A stretch of DNA of 63,992 bases, filler included, from an uncultured bacterium (GCA_964543115.1; 7 parts of 7 records of this genome joined end to end with filler, not necessarily neighbours in it); one strand, 5' to 3'; counted from the first letter of the whole stretch, positions 10,083 to 23,185 are shown. Numbers and translations are program-made. Notes: a model not told the origin generated them from the letters alone.

Positions 10083-13000
10083 AAGGACAGGACTAAACGG
10101 GAAGAGCTGCTTGCTGCAATAAAGAGCAGATTTGAAGATGAGGTACCTCTTGTTCGCAGTACCGCAACAGAGGCATACGCTCGGTTAGCCGGTGAATGGA
10201 TAAAGGACAGGACCAAACAGGAAGAAGCGCTTACTGCAATAAAAGGCGTGTTTGGTCATGAGAAAGAGCCGGTTCGCCAAGCTGCAGTAGAGACATATGC
10301 TAGATTGCTGGCTTTATTCAGGATAGATGATGTGAGAAGGTATATCCAGGACATTAGTGAAAGAGCCATAAGCGAAAAAGATATTTTGATGTTTAATGGC
10401 ATGATGAAGGCATTGGATGAATTGAAGAAGGAGCAGGAGGTAATACCTGAAGCAGCAAAATCGCCTGCTTATGGTAAAGGTGCTGTATTGCACCGGGAAG
10501 CGGGCGGGGTGAATGATACACTAAAGAGAGGTATAAACGACGGTAGGGGTGAGATTGTTTTCGGCGCGGAACGCGATCAGCGGATTGCTGATAGAACAGA
10601 AAGGAATAAAACTATATTTCGGGGATTGGCTGGGTTTGTTAGAGGGTTGGGGAATAACGGTTTGATAACGCTTTCGGATGGGAACGATTACGACCTAAAA
10701 GAACTACTTAAATTTCTGGCACAGGTAAATGTGCTGACTATAAAAACAGATGATGATATACCCGGATTATTCTTGCGCGGGCCGGATGATTATGCAGTGG
10801 CGCATTTCGGTCATTTTGACGGCAAGAATTGGATCTATCTTGATAAGGATCTCTATGATCTGCTTCTAAAGGAAAACGCCCTGGAAGAATTATATGCCCT
10901 TATTCTTTATGAGTTGGTTAAGGTTGCCGGCGGCAGCCAGGAAACAGCGGAGGCGGTGGAACAGGCGGTTTGCGGAAACAGCTTAAATGAACGGGTGCAG
11001 ACTTTTGTTGAAAAAGAGGTTTTGTCCAGTCGGCTAGCTGGTCATGTTATTACTTATTACCAGGCCAGAGAAGGAGTAATTGCCGCTTTGCAGCGTGGTG
11101 ATGCTGCGCTTTACGAACAGGCAATCGCTATTTGTGAAAAAGCGGCCCAGGAGGTTAAAGACGGCGGTTACAAAAATGAGCAGATTGCCGCGGTGGTAAA
11201 CACGTTGAGAAAGGCTGATGGATTGCCGTTTGATAAGAAGTTTATTACAGATGAATTGGAAGTCACCAGAGTATTGGAAGAGAATTTCAGTGAAGAAGAA
11301 CGTGAGGATATTAATAAGTGGACCATGGTTTTTCTCGAAGCACTTGGCTACGGCGAAGAATTAAGGGTTGATCTGTTCAGGGATATTTCACATGTTGTTT
11401 ATCCCTTGGCACTGCTCAATATGCTGCCTAGAACAATCCGGGGGGTGGAATATCAGCCGCAGGTCTTGCAGGAGTTGCTAAAAATTCTGCAAATGTTTGT
11501 GCTGCAAGGGGCGGCGGGGGCAGTTCTTCAGTCTCCATTAATGGAAAAAGATATTACTATTCAAGTAATGCAAACTGGGCTGGAAGCTACAACTAAAGGC
11601 AGTCTTTGGCATGAAATGGTGCATTATCTAGGATTCAGAAATATCCTCCCTTTTGATGGAGGAAACGAGATGATAACACAGGCAATTACTATTTCTGTGT
11701 TTCTGGCAGATAACAATATAACTGAATGGTATAGCAATATATCTCAAGAAAGCCGGGAAATGTATTCTGATCTCTTTAAAATAAGCGCCGACAGATATAA
11801 GCAGGGTCTGTCTGTTCCGCAGCCAGATAAAGTGAAAGAGGTTGTGGAAGATCTAATTGCCACCAAGCATCAGGGTTTCTTGAATTTGGAGAAGGACGAA
11901 TACCAGGATTGTGTGGAACGTTTTTGCGGTGTTTATTTGGCTGGATATGTATATGAAAAACATAAGAGTGAAGGAATTGATGTTTTTAAAGCCATAATCG
12001 ATTATGGAAAAAGATATCTACCCAGAAAAAGAAATGCTGATATCGGCCGGCGGCTGAATCAGCGTGATTGGGAGTATATAGATGATGTGTTAGTTGAATT
12101 ACAGGCCGCGGCACAGGTAACCTTACCTGATCCCCGGGTAACCTTCCGGCCCAAAACCATTAATGAGATTCGCCGGGAGAAGCATACGCGCTGGCATTAT
12201 GAAAAAGCTGCCCACCTGATGAAGTATTTTCCCTGGGACATAATTGAGTACGGCCGTAAGGCCTCCGTGGGTCTTACTTTGCAGGAAGCATTTCGTGCCC
12301 GTTTTTCGGAAGAAGGGGTGATGGAGGAAGAATATGCGGAAATTGTTCCTTTTGTTCTTCTGTTCCGGCTGCTGGAAACAATCAGGGCGGTAAGCCATGG
12401 ACTGGCGGAATTCAGCGGTAGATACGAAGAAGTACAGGCCTTTTACAAGAAGAAATGCCGCATACTTGATCTGGAACTGGAAAAGGAACGCCTGGCGGAA
12501 ATGCCCAAATTCATTCAGTTTATTGAAGCAATATTCTATCTAATGGTAATGACAGAAGACGCGTCGTTGCCGGTGCATGACCCGCGGGTAACGGATCCTG
12601 AAGTAAAAGAGGCGGTTGAGGAAACGTTTCAGGAGGTGCTGGCGGCGCTGGGAGAAGATACGCAGGGTTTTTATGAAACTGTGCGGGATAAGATTTGGCC
12701 GATTGCGGAAAAACTGCTGGAAGAAGACAGGAAGAAGGAAGAAGAGGGACAGCTGAGGAAAAAGGCCATTAATGAAATGATTGAGAACGGTGAATTTGAG
12801 ATTAACTGCGGCTGCGGTGATGATCTGGGAATGGACTGGGATGATTTCAGCGACAAGGCCAAGGAAAAAATAAAACAAAAAATGAAGGAATACCAGCAGA
12901 AGATGCCGGAAGAGGAAAAGAAGCGGCTGCAGCAGGAGGCGAAGGAGGACCTGCAGAAGAAAATAGAGGAGGCAGCTGCAGAGATGCAGGATGTGACCGG

Positions 13001-16000
13001 TGATTCCTGTCCCCTTCAGCAGGGGCAAGGGGGCCGACCGGGAAGCAAAGATAAATTTGGCTCACCAATGTTTCCGCCTAAGCCGGAAGAAGGCGGAGGA
13101 GCAGATGAACGAAGTGTAGAAGAACTGCAGGAATATCTTAAGGAGCTGGAAGAAAAGCTGGCTGAAATAAAAAATAATGCCCAGGAAGTTGCTCAGGAGG
13201 CGGAAGGAATAGAACAACAAGTTGACCCTATTGGTGATGGTGCCAGGGAAGTGGGTGATGAGAGAACGGTTGCGAAAGGGGAAGAATTAGGTGAAGCTCT
13301 GAAGGAACTAATCGACAAATTAAAAGATCTGCGGGCAGCGTCTACTGAGTTAACGGAAAAGGCGGAAGAAGGCACGGAAAAGGTTGAAGACATAACCCAG
13401 AGTGATGGCAGCGGCCAAGGTGATAAGATAAAAGAAGAACTTCTGCACAAGATCCAGGAATTGATGGATGAAATAGATCAATTGACCAAAGGGATAGCCC
13501 AGGATGCGGCAGATGCGGACAAGGTTGCCAATGAGGCAGCGGCAAGCGGTAAGGAATTATTGGAATTCTTGAAAAATAATCCAGGCTGGATAGATGCCAT
13601 TAAGGGCCGGGCGGAAAATATCCAAAAGAAATCAGGGAAGGTCAAGGATAAACTTGATGATGTTAAAAGCGGTACTGACGAAGTAGGTGAAAAAGTTGGT
13701 GAATTACAGGAAAAGAGTCAAGAGGCGCGGGAGCAACAAGCCAGCAGCTCAAAATTGCCGCCCCGCGGGAAACAAACGGGGGAAATGCGTCCAGAAACCG
13801 CACAGCAAGAACCGTTAGATGTGCCTGGGCTGCTGGAACAATTTATTGCGGATATAGAGTCAGATGATGATGATGAAAGAGAAAAGACACAACAGCAGGC
13901 CGTACGAAATTTTACCGGACTTACTGACGCGTCCAGACGGGAATATGAAAAGATCCGCCGGCACGCCAAACGTTATGAGCGGGTATTGCGCAAGAATATT
14001 CAGGATGTGCTTCTGGAACTGCAGGAAGACGGCTGGGACGGCAGAAGAACCAAGGGCCAGCTTGACCCACAAAGAATACCGTTGGTAAAAACTGGTGATC
14101 AGCGCTTGATGCGCCGGCGGCTGGATCCGGATGAACATAAGTTTAAAATATCATTGCTAATTGATGTGAGTGGCAGTATGGGTGATTACGGCAGTGCGGA
14201 TGAAATGACCAATGCTGTACGTACCGCTTTATTATTTGTTGAGGCACTGAAACAAATTGAGGGGGTGGAATTTGAGGTAGTGGGTTATGGCGGCGGGTAT
14301 CACGTATATAAACATTATCATGAACAACTTTCCCGCAAAAAGGCCTATGAAGCGGTGATGGGATTAAAAAATAGAAGAAGCGTGAGTTCTTATGATACGC
14401 AGAATAGAAAGGCGATAAATGCCGCCATTCGGCGAATTCGTACAGCTAGTGATCATAATGAAGGAAAGATGATTATTGTTATTTCCGATGGGGCATCTGC
14501 TACCGTAGCGGATATCTATGAACGCAATAAGGATATTGCCTTTCTTCCCTATGGTATTGGCGCAGAGGCGGCAATGGTGGCGGCAACTTATGCCCCTTAT
14601 GGTAAGGTTGTGGATGATATTGGTAGTTTGGCGCGTACTATTGGTAAGCATATATTAAAACAAATGAAAGCACTATTGCCGCTACTAGCAATAGTTGTTG
14701 GCAAACTGGCGCTTGATCATTTATTGGGGCATGGAATTGATTTGCATTCATTATTAGTTAACGGTTCTTTTCTGGTTAGCGGTATGGTTTTGACGAAAGC
14801 CTCACCAATGCTGCATCCTCAGGTAAAGTTGCCTTTCAGTAAAGAATTTGAGGTGGTGAGGGAAAACGGCAGTCAATATTTGCGCTTGAAAAGTAATCAT
14901 TCCCTTAAATGGCCGCGTTTTGCCGGCGGTACAGCGGTGCCGCAGGATTGTTTGTTGGAAACAGCAAGTAATGTCAGTGACATTGTAGAGATTATTAAGG
15001 GTTGTGTGCATCAGCGGCATTCACGCAGTCCGTTATTGCTTTTGGGTGAGGCGGGCACGGCCAAGAACACTAAGGCCTATTATGCCGGCCGGTTAATGAA
15101 CCAGAATGTACGGTTTATGCCCATGCATAGTGACATCACCGAAGATGACCTGGTTGTGCGCAGAAATTTCGGGGAAACAGAGGCAGGCCGCACCGGCTGG
15201 ACCAAATCCGAACTGGTGGGGGCGATGGAACGCGGGGAATGGATCATTATGGATGAGGTGAACAAGGTAAAGCCGGAGGTATTGGCCAAACTCAATCAGA
15301 TAATTCAGGGCAGAAAGGTTGTGCTGCCTGATGGCACGGTGGTGAAGGCCAAAGAAGGCTTTGCTATTATCTTTACTGCCAATCCTCCGCACGGCAGTTA
15401 TAAGGTGAAACCATTGTCAGGTGAATTCATTAACCGCTGTAATGTATGTGAAATAGAGTATTTGCCGGCAAATGAGGAGAAGTTAGTGCTTTATGAAAGA
15501 TTTATCAAGGTACGAGGACTTAAATCAATTAAATCCATCAGTAGTGCAGAGAAAACGCTGATTAATGAACTGGTTAAGCTGGCCAATAATCTGCGGGATC
15601 TATATTTTGGCAAGGATACGGTTGCGGGCAGTGATCTGGAGATGGGAGAAATGATACCCCGGCCGCTCTCTACCAGGGCGCTGGTTAATATAGTGGAGCA
15701 TATTGCCAGAAGACCGGCGGATATTAAAAGGGTAAAAAGCATTTCAAAGAGATATTATTCCTATGATTGGGAAGAAGAAGATGTGCGCACAAGGATAGAT
15801 ACAGCGATAAACGGTCATGCGGCGGTAAAGAAAGATGCTGCCCTGCAGCCTGATAATGCCGGTCCGAAAATTGTTAAGGACAAAGAAGGCGTTAAATGGC
15901 TTGAGTATAAGGATATCCGGATCCGCTGTGCGGATTGTGCGCCAGATAGTGTTAGTGAAGTACCTTGGGATATGCGGGTAGCTTGGACCGCTACCAATCT

Positions 16001-19000
16001 GGGTTACTTAGAGGATATATTGGTTGATATGTCGCAAGAGCGGCATATGTTGTTTATTGGAGAAGCGGGTACGGGTAAGGATCTGGTTGCTGAGTATATT
16101 TGTTATTTGCTTTATGGTGGTGCGGTGGAGATTTATAATGTAACTAAAAACACCATTGTGGATGAGCTGATAGCCTATCATGGATTTGGAGAGAAAGATA
16201 AGGATAAAACGTGTATTCTGGACGGTTATGTAGTGCGTGCCATGCGTGCCGGGCGGCCGGTGATCTTAGATGAGGTAAATAAAGCCAAACCCGAGGTATT
16301 GGCTTGCCTTAATAATATTTTACAATTTGGCTGGGTTGATCTGCCCAACGGTGAACGGGTGTATGCTGAAGAGGGATTTAGCGTTATCTGTACAATGAAT
16401 CCACAAAAAAGCGCTTATCGCGGCAACAAAGAGCTTTCCGGTGAGTTTCATGACCGGTTCAGTGTGCATAAATTTGTTTATCTGAAAGAAGCAGAAGAGG
16501 TAAAGATTTTGCAGGATTTTGCCAATTCACTGGTAGCGGCGGAGCCGCTGCAGTTTCAGGGTTTAAGAATAAAACTTATCGAACGATTGGTAAAGATGAC
16601 CAATATTTTAAGGGCACTGTATGATAAAGAAGAACTACCAGTGCCTGTATCTATGCGTAATATAAAAAGGGTAATTGTACGCCTGGCCGCTTATCCGGGA
16701 GATTATTTTGATAAAAAGGCGCTGAAACGCATAATTCTGGGTGCCTATCATTTTGATGACCGGCTGCACAAAAAGGCGGTAACTGATGCTATGGAAAGTG
16801 TCAAGGTGGGAGAGCTGAAAGAAATCATTAGTTTTGTATTTGCCACTGGAACAGAAAAACTTGATAGCAGACTAGAACGATTAAAGAGTGAAAAAAACAC
16901 AACAACCATTATTTGGCTTCTAATAGAGATAAGAAATATTGCCGCAGAATATTTCAATAATGAGAATGTAGATCAGATAAACATCAGTTTGGCTGCGGGA
17001 CTGGCATATATTAGGAAAATAAACAGCAATATTAATGAGGGAATAGCTAGAATAATAATTGCAGATATTGAGCAGATATTGTCAGGGCAAAAAAATGGTG
17101 TGGTGGATCCGCTTCCTTTTATTCGTGATGTTGATCAGGACATATTAAACATTATAAAGGGATCAGATAGGCCCTATATTGCTGCGTTGGCGAAAGAATT
17201 CGATGATTTAATCTGTGTTGCTGGCATCGCACAGCCAGTGAAGATTATGGAGATTGGCGGCAAGCGGTTATTGTTGTTAAACAGAAATATACTAAAAGCA
17301 AAATCCGATAACACCTGGCTGCGCAAACTTATTGAGATAATATGCATAAAACATTTCCTCCCGCGATATCTTAAGCGTGAATATCCTGTTTCGGCAGGAG
17401 AGGCTGTTTTGCTCGCTACTATTCTGACTAATCAAGTAATCGATGAGCTTACTCCAGAGCAAAGACAGAAAACCGCTGTTAGAAAAGGTAAGGCGAAGAA
17501 ATCTCAGGAAGAAATATTCGGAGAGAATATAAGCAGAATGGTTACTAATTTTCAAGTGGCGGCAAAAAAGCCCCGGCCGGTGGCGCGGATGTTAAGAAAT
17601 AAACTGCTGCAGCAAATGACGCAGGAGCTAGAGTCATTAGCTGTGGATCAGCGTTACCTGATACTTATTTTGTTGAGTAACAATGAAGATAAGATGCTGG
17701 CAGAATATGCTTCCGCAAAATTAGAGGCATTAAAAAAAGAAACTGTGCCGGCAGCTAAGAGTGAAAGCGCCAGTTCTGTTGTCTCATCAAGGCTGGGAAT
17801 AAAGAAAGAGCAGCCTGCTGCCACGGCGGAAATGTTAGTGGATGCAACAGATCCGGATAATGATATTTATGAAATGGTAAATAAGGCAGAAATTACTGCC
17901 GCTATTGATAGGTTACAGAAAACCCATCCGCAGCAATGGGCAGCCATAAAAGAACGCACAAATGACTTTGAATACTTTTATTTCTTTCAGAATTTGCCTT
18001 CCGCAGCGGGAATCTATGATCTGGGCGCGGAAGTGGATGAAGCGGACCGTTATGTGTTTGCGCTGGACAGCGATTTGCGGGCGGTGCTTAGTTCTGGGGG
18101 GCTGGATGAACAGGCCTTAGTTGATTTTTATTATTTACTGCTGGTGCATGAAGGCACAGAGCTGATGCAGCGGGAATACTATGCTAGTTGTGAAACTATA
18201 TCACCCGATCTGGCAACAGAGGCCGTGGCGTTTATTGAAAAGGCCGAGGCGTATTTGAGCCTTACAGAAGAAAGTAAAGCAAGATTAAAAGAATTATTGG
18301 GAATTTTAGACGTAAACGAACCTGATGCAGAAGATAGATTCATGCCGGTTATAAAATTTGTGGAAAAACTGCCGGAAGAGGAATTAACAGGAAAAGAAAC
18401 GGTAGTAAAAATAATGGAATTTATTCTTACCAATCCGGATTATGCCGGCATAGAAATCGCTGATAAAGGCATTCTTGCTGAAAAAATTAATTTTGAAACG
18501 ACAGAAAAAATACTTTCTGCTTTGCTGGAAAGATTAGAAGAAGACGATCCAGCGGTAGTCGAAGAATATTGCAGCCTAGCCCAGACACGGGTAAAAGATA
18601 AAAGTAAGCAAGAAGAAGTATTGAGCGTACTGAAAGAAATGTTTCAGAAAACAGAGTCCCCTCAGGATAGTGAACCGGTTGTTGGTGTGATTCGCGGTGT
18701 GTTACGTAGGAATGCCTTCAAATGTTATGTGCGACTGGCCCGCGCTTGGGTGACAGATGAGAAGAAACAGCGAAAAATCCTTAAGGAAGTAGCTGTTAGA
18801 ATATCAACTGATGAACTCTTTCTCTTCCAAAAGCTGGCACTGGAATTATACCCGGCATTGGCTAAAGCCTGGGTGAGAGACAAAAAACTCCAAAAAGAAA
18901 TATTGCGGGATATAATGCGCGCGTTTGGCGATAAGATGGTAGCTAGAGAAGCCCAGGCCGCCTATTGTCAACTGGCATTGTTCTGGGCAACGGATAGTGC

Positions 19001-20048
19001 TATGCAGGCCTATGTACTGAATGCAGTAAAAAGCAAGCTTGATGATGAAAATATGTCTATCCGTGCGCGTACTTGTAGGGTTTACATCCGGGTAGTTCTG
19101 GCCTGGTTAACTAAAAAAGAGAGTCAGGTAGAAGCGCTTGAGAAAACGCTGGGAATGTTTAATTGCCGCGGCTTGAGTGATCGTGAGAGTGTGGGAAAGG
19201 GATACAGTGAGATGGCAGAGAAGTGGATAGTTGACCGATGGGAACAAAAAGAGATACTAAATAAGCTAAAAGATAAATTCACTGACAAAGATGAGTTTAT
19301 TCGCCAGAATGCTATTGAAGCTTATGGCCGGTTGGCCCTATGCTGGATAACCGATAAAGATGAGCAGAAAGAAGTGCTGGCGAAATTTGAGCAAAGAGCT
19401 TACACACACGATAAACATTCATCTGTGAAGAGTGAAGCAATTCTAGCCTACGGCAGGCTGGCCCTGGCCTGGGTAACCGATAAGGATGAGCAGAAAAGGA
19501 TACAGGCAAAAGCAAAATACATGTTTTGTAAATTTGCCCCTCTTCAGGAACAGAATGCAAAAAGAGATATCCATAAGCATATGGTTCAGGTCTGGGGATC
19601 AACTGATGAAAAAGCCCCCGTTGTTTCTTCCCGCCTGGGATTAAAAGAGGTGCAACCCGACGCAGAGGCGGAGATGCTGATAGATGAAACAGATCCTGAT
19701 TCTGCTGTTTATGAAATGGTAAACAAGGCAGAGATTGCGGTTGCGGCTGACAGATTAAGAAAAACACACCCAAAACAATGGCAGGCCCTAAGGGACCGGA
19801 CAAATAATTTTGAACACTTCTTTTTCTTCCGTAATCTGCCTTCGGCAGCAGGGATATATGACCTGGGTGCGGGTTTAGATGAGTCGGAACGGTTTGTGTT
19901 TGTGCTGGATAGTGATTTGCGGGAGGTGCTGAGTTCCGGCACATTGGATCAAGGAGCGTTAGAAGATTTCTATTATTTACTGCTGGTGCATGAAGGAACG
20001 GAGCTGCTGTTGCGGAAAGACAGGGATAGCTGTGAGACCATCTCGCCG
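10083..20048 (+). CDS. Giant modular protein fragment (>3300 aa, open at both ends): HEAT-like repeats, zincin-like domains, CobT/NorD-like acidic region plus vWA (MIDAS), two MoxR/midasin-type AAA+ domains, more HEAT-like repeats and a duplicated 143-aa domain
   Basis: Frame is open from the contig start (KDRTKREELL...). HEMVH 11610-11624; DVSGS 14163-14177; Walker A GEAGTAK 15045-15065 and GEAGTGK 16059-16079; Walker B IIMDEVN and VILDEVN; no stop before the linker. Confidence 0.9.
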
Positions 20049-20148
20049 NNNNNNNNNNNNNNNNNNNNNNNNNNNNNNNNNNNNNNNNNNNNTTAATTAA
20101 TTAANNNNNNNNNNNNNNNNNNNNNNNNNNNNNNNNNNNNNNNNNNNN
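20049..20148. other. Artificial contig linker
   Basis: N44-TTAATTAATTAA-N44. Confidence 0.99.
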
Positions 20149-20149
20149 A

Positions 20150-21013
20150 GTATTTTCTTTTCGCAAACCCCATTCACATCGGGATGCCCCTGGTTGGGAG
20201 GTTCGGGTGGTACCGAATAAATTTCCGGCACTGGGAATCGAAGGGGAACTGGAAAAAATGGGTGTGGGGATGTATGACCGGATGAATGGTATCGGCGCAC
20301 ACGAAGTGGTTATCGAAAATCCCGATCACTTGCGCCCCCTGGAAGATCTTCCGTTAGAGGTGGCCGCAAAAGTGTTTGAGGCCTTTAAGATAAGGATGAT
20401 GGATCTTTCTCATGATCGCCGTTTCCGTTATATACTGGTTTTTAAAAATGTCGGCCTGCAAGCCGGCGCCTCACTTACTCATCCCCACTCTCAATTAATA
20501 GCAACACCGATTACCCCGAAACGTGTGGCGGAGGAACTGGACGGCGCCCAGGAATATTATGCCTATAAGGATCGTTGTGTATTTTGCGATGTTCTGAGGG
20601 AAGAAACAAATCAAGATTCACGTATTGTATATGAAAATGACAGTTTCCTGGCCTTTTGCCCTTTTGCCTCCAGGTTTCCTTTCGAGATGTGCGTGATGCC
20701 GAAACGTCACAGCCCGGATTATACCAGTATTCAGGCCAATGAATTACCTCTGCTGGCGGATGCCATGCAGCAGGTTCTTAAACGGTTATCCAAGGCCCTG
20801 CACCGTCCGCAGTATAATTATGTTATTCATACCAGCCCAATTCGCTGGCCGCGAAAAGGGTACTGGGCAACGATTGATCTTGATTACCACTGGCACATAG
20901 AGATTATGCCCCGTTTGACCCGGGTGGCTGGTTTTGAATGGGGTACGGGCTTTTACATCAACCCGACGGTGCCGGAAGAAGCGGCTAAATATCTGAGAGA
21001 GGTAGAGGTATGA
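20150..21013 (+). CDS. galT: Galactose-1-phosphate uridylyltransferase family (GalT/HIT), 5'-truncated
   Basis: WEVRVVPNKFPAL, GAHEVVIENPDH, GASLTHPHSQ (HxHxQ), HWHIEIMPRL, GFEWGTG; frame open from the contig start. Confidence 0.93.
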   Translation, partial: VFSFRKPHSHRDAPGWEVRVVPNKFPALGIEGELEKMGVGMYDRMNGIGAHEVVIENPDHLRPLEDLPLEVAAKVFEAFKIRMMDLSHDRRFRYILVFKNVGLQAGASLTHPHSQLIATPITPKRVAEELDGAQEYYAYKDRCVFCDVLREETNQDSRIVYENDSFLAFCPFASRFPFEMCVMPKRHSPDYTSIQANELPLLADAMQQVLKRLSKALHRPQYNYVIHTSPIRWPRKGYWATIDLDYHWHIEIMPRLTRVAGFEWGTGFYINPTVPEEAAKYLREVEV

Positions 21014-23181
21014 AGACTGCCGTAGCTTTTTTATGGCACATGCATCAGCCTTTTTATAAGGATATGCTTACGGGCGTGTACCGCATGCCCTGGGTTAGAT
21101 TTCATTCTATTAAGGCCTATTACGATATGGTGTCTATTCTTGAAGATTATCCAAAGATCAAGATGAACTTTAATCTCGTACCTTCATTGCTGGTACAGAT
21201 TCAGGATTACGCTAATGACCGGGCAAAAGATCATTATTGGGATTTGTCATTGAAGCCGGCAAAGAACCTTACTGCTGATGAAAAGAATTTCCTACTGTTG
21301 AATTTTTTTATGGCTAACTGGGATACGATGATTAAGCCCTATCCCCGTTATTGGGAACTGCTGCAGAAAAGGGGAACCAAAGTCTCAGAAGGGGATATCG
21401 CCGCCGCCTGTAAAAAGTTTAACAATATAGATTTTAGCGATCTGCAGGTCTGGTTTAATCTTACTTGGTTTGGTTTCCGGGCCAGACAAAAATATCCCGT
21501 CCTGCAGGAATTAATCAACAGGGGAAGGGATTTTACCGATGCCGATAAAAAGACCGTACTTGATACGCAGATTTCGATCATCAAGGAGTTGATCCCTTGT
21601 TATAAGCAAGCTCAGAAAGAGGGGCGGATTGAAATTACCACCACACCTTTTTACCATCCGATCATGCCGCTTTTATACAATACGGATTTCGCCCGTCGTA
21701 GTATGCCCTGGGCGGTGCTTCCTCAGCCCTTTGCTCACAGCGAAGACGTCAACGCCCAATTGAAACTGGCTGTTTCTCTCTACAAGAAAACATTCGGCAA
21801 AAATCCTCGCGGGCTCTGGCCGTCAGAAGGCAGTGTCTGCCCGGAGATAATGCCGCTTATCTCCGCGGCGGGAATACAGTGGCTGGCGACAGATGAAGAG
21901 ATTTTATTAAAAACGGTGCATATTGTGGATAAGGGGCTGGGTCTTTATAAGCCTTATAAATTCTGCCTGGAGGATGATTGTCTCCAGCTGGTTTTTCGCG
22001 ATAAGGGACTCTCCAATGCCCTTAGCTTTACTTACCCTAAACAGGACTCCCAGGCTGCGGCACATGACCTTATTCATAATCTGCATAATATAAACAGATA
22101 TTCTTCCAGCAACGAGAGAGATTCATTGGTTACCATTGTGCTGGATGGAGAAAATCCCTGGGAATATTATCCGGGCGGAGGTGAACCTTTTCTGAGAGCG
22201 GTTATGGAAAGGCTGAGTAATGAAGCTGATCTCTATACCGCCACAATCTCTGATTATCTAGACAAGTACCCGGCCCGGGATAAACTGCCCGGACTGCATA
22301 GCGGTTCCTGGATAAATCATAATTTTGATATCTGGATTGGCGATAAAGAGGAGAATACGGCCTGGGAATATTTGGAGAAAACAAGGCAGTTTCTTAAAAA
22401 TAATGAAAAAGAGTTTCCCAAACCAAAGCGTGATCTGGCCTGGCAGAACTTTTACGCCGCCGAAGGCAGTGACTGGTTCTGGTGGTACGGGGATGATTTT
22501 CAGAGTGATTGCGATGAAGAATTTGACACGCTTTTTCGTACTCATCTGGCAAATGTATACAAAATATTGAACCATGAGGTGCCGGAGTTTCTCCGGCAGC
22601 CGGTAATTTTGACCAAGGATGTACAAACGCAGAAGGCGCCCTATGCCTTCATCTCGCCGGTTATTGATGGCCAGAACACTCATTATTATGAGTGGACCGA
22701 TGCCGGCTACTATAAGGCTGATCGTCCGGGGGGTAAACTCTATAAGGGTGAAAGCTATCTGGCGGCCATTTATTTCGGGTTTGACTTGAACAGCTTATTT
22801 GTCCGTCTTGACCCTCTGGTGAATAAAGAAGAAATTAACGGGCAAAAGCTCGACGCCTGTCTAAATATCACCGATGACAATGAATTTCAGATATCTTTCC
22901 CCTTTACTTTTGCTCCCCAACGGCTGACTAAATTTATAGTCAGTAAAAGCAGTGACGGTGTGCATTTCGAAAAAAAGAAACAATTCAGTTCAGTAAAAGC
23001 TGATAAGGTAATTGAGCTCTCTGTGCCCTTTGCCGCCCTGGAGCTGCAGCCGGGAGAGTCGGTGCGTTTCTTTGTTCAGATTAAGAAAGGAAAGAAGCAG
23101 GTTGATCGTTATCCGCACAGGGGCTATATCAGCTTCCAGGTCCCGGACGAGGAATTCGAATTGGATAAGTGGCTGGTTTAA
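21010..23181 (+). CDS. GH57 glycoside hydrolase (amylopullulanase-like) with C-terminal domain
   Basis: HMHQP, GLWPSEGS (nucleophile E), VLDGENPWE (acid/base D), AEGSDWFWW; ATGA overlap with galT. Confidence 0.93.
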   Translation: MKTAVAFLWHMHQPFYKDMLTGVYRMPWVRFHSIKAYYDMVSILEDYPKIKMNFNLVPSLLVQIQDYANDRAKDHYWDLSLKPAKNLTADEKNFLLLNFFMANWDTMIKPYPRYWELLQKRGTKVSEGDIAAACKKFNNIDFSDLQVWFNLTWFGFRARQKYPVLQELINRGRDFTDADKKTVLDTQISIIKELIPCYKQAQKEGRIEITTTPFYHPIMPLLYNTDFARRSMPWAVLPQPFAHSEDVNAQLKLAVSLYKKTFGKNPRGLWPSEGSVCPEIMPLISAAGIQWLATDEEILLKTVHIVDKGLGLYKPYKFCLEDDCLQLVFRDKGLSNALSFTYPKQDSQAAAHDLIHNLHNINRYSSSNERDSLVTIVLDGENPWEYYPGGGEPFLRAVMERLSNEADLYTATISDYLDKYPARDKLPGLHSGSWINHNFDIWIGDKEENTAWEYLEKTRQFLKNNEKEFPKPKRDLAWQNFYAAEGSDWFWWYGDDFQSDCDEEFDTLFRTHLANVYKILNHEVPEFLRQPVILTKDVQTQKAPYAFISPVIDGQNTHYYEWTDAGYYKADRPGGKLYKGESYLAAIYFGFDLNSLFVRLDPLVNKEEINGQKLDACLNITDDNEFQISFPFTFAPQRLTKFIVSKSSDGVHFEKKKQFSSVKADKVIELSVPFAALELQPGESVRFFVQIKKGKKQVDRYPHRGYISFQVPDEEFELDKWLV

Positions 23182-23185
23182 AAAA

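Noticed and set aside
23012..23185. N-terminal extension of the second GH57
   Set aside because: Overlaps the upstream gene by 170 nt with no family similarity; the conserved start is ATG 23186
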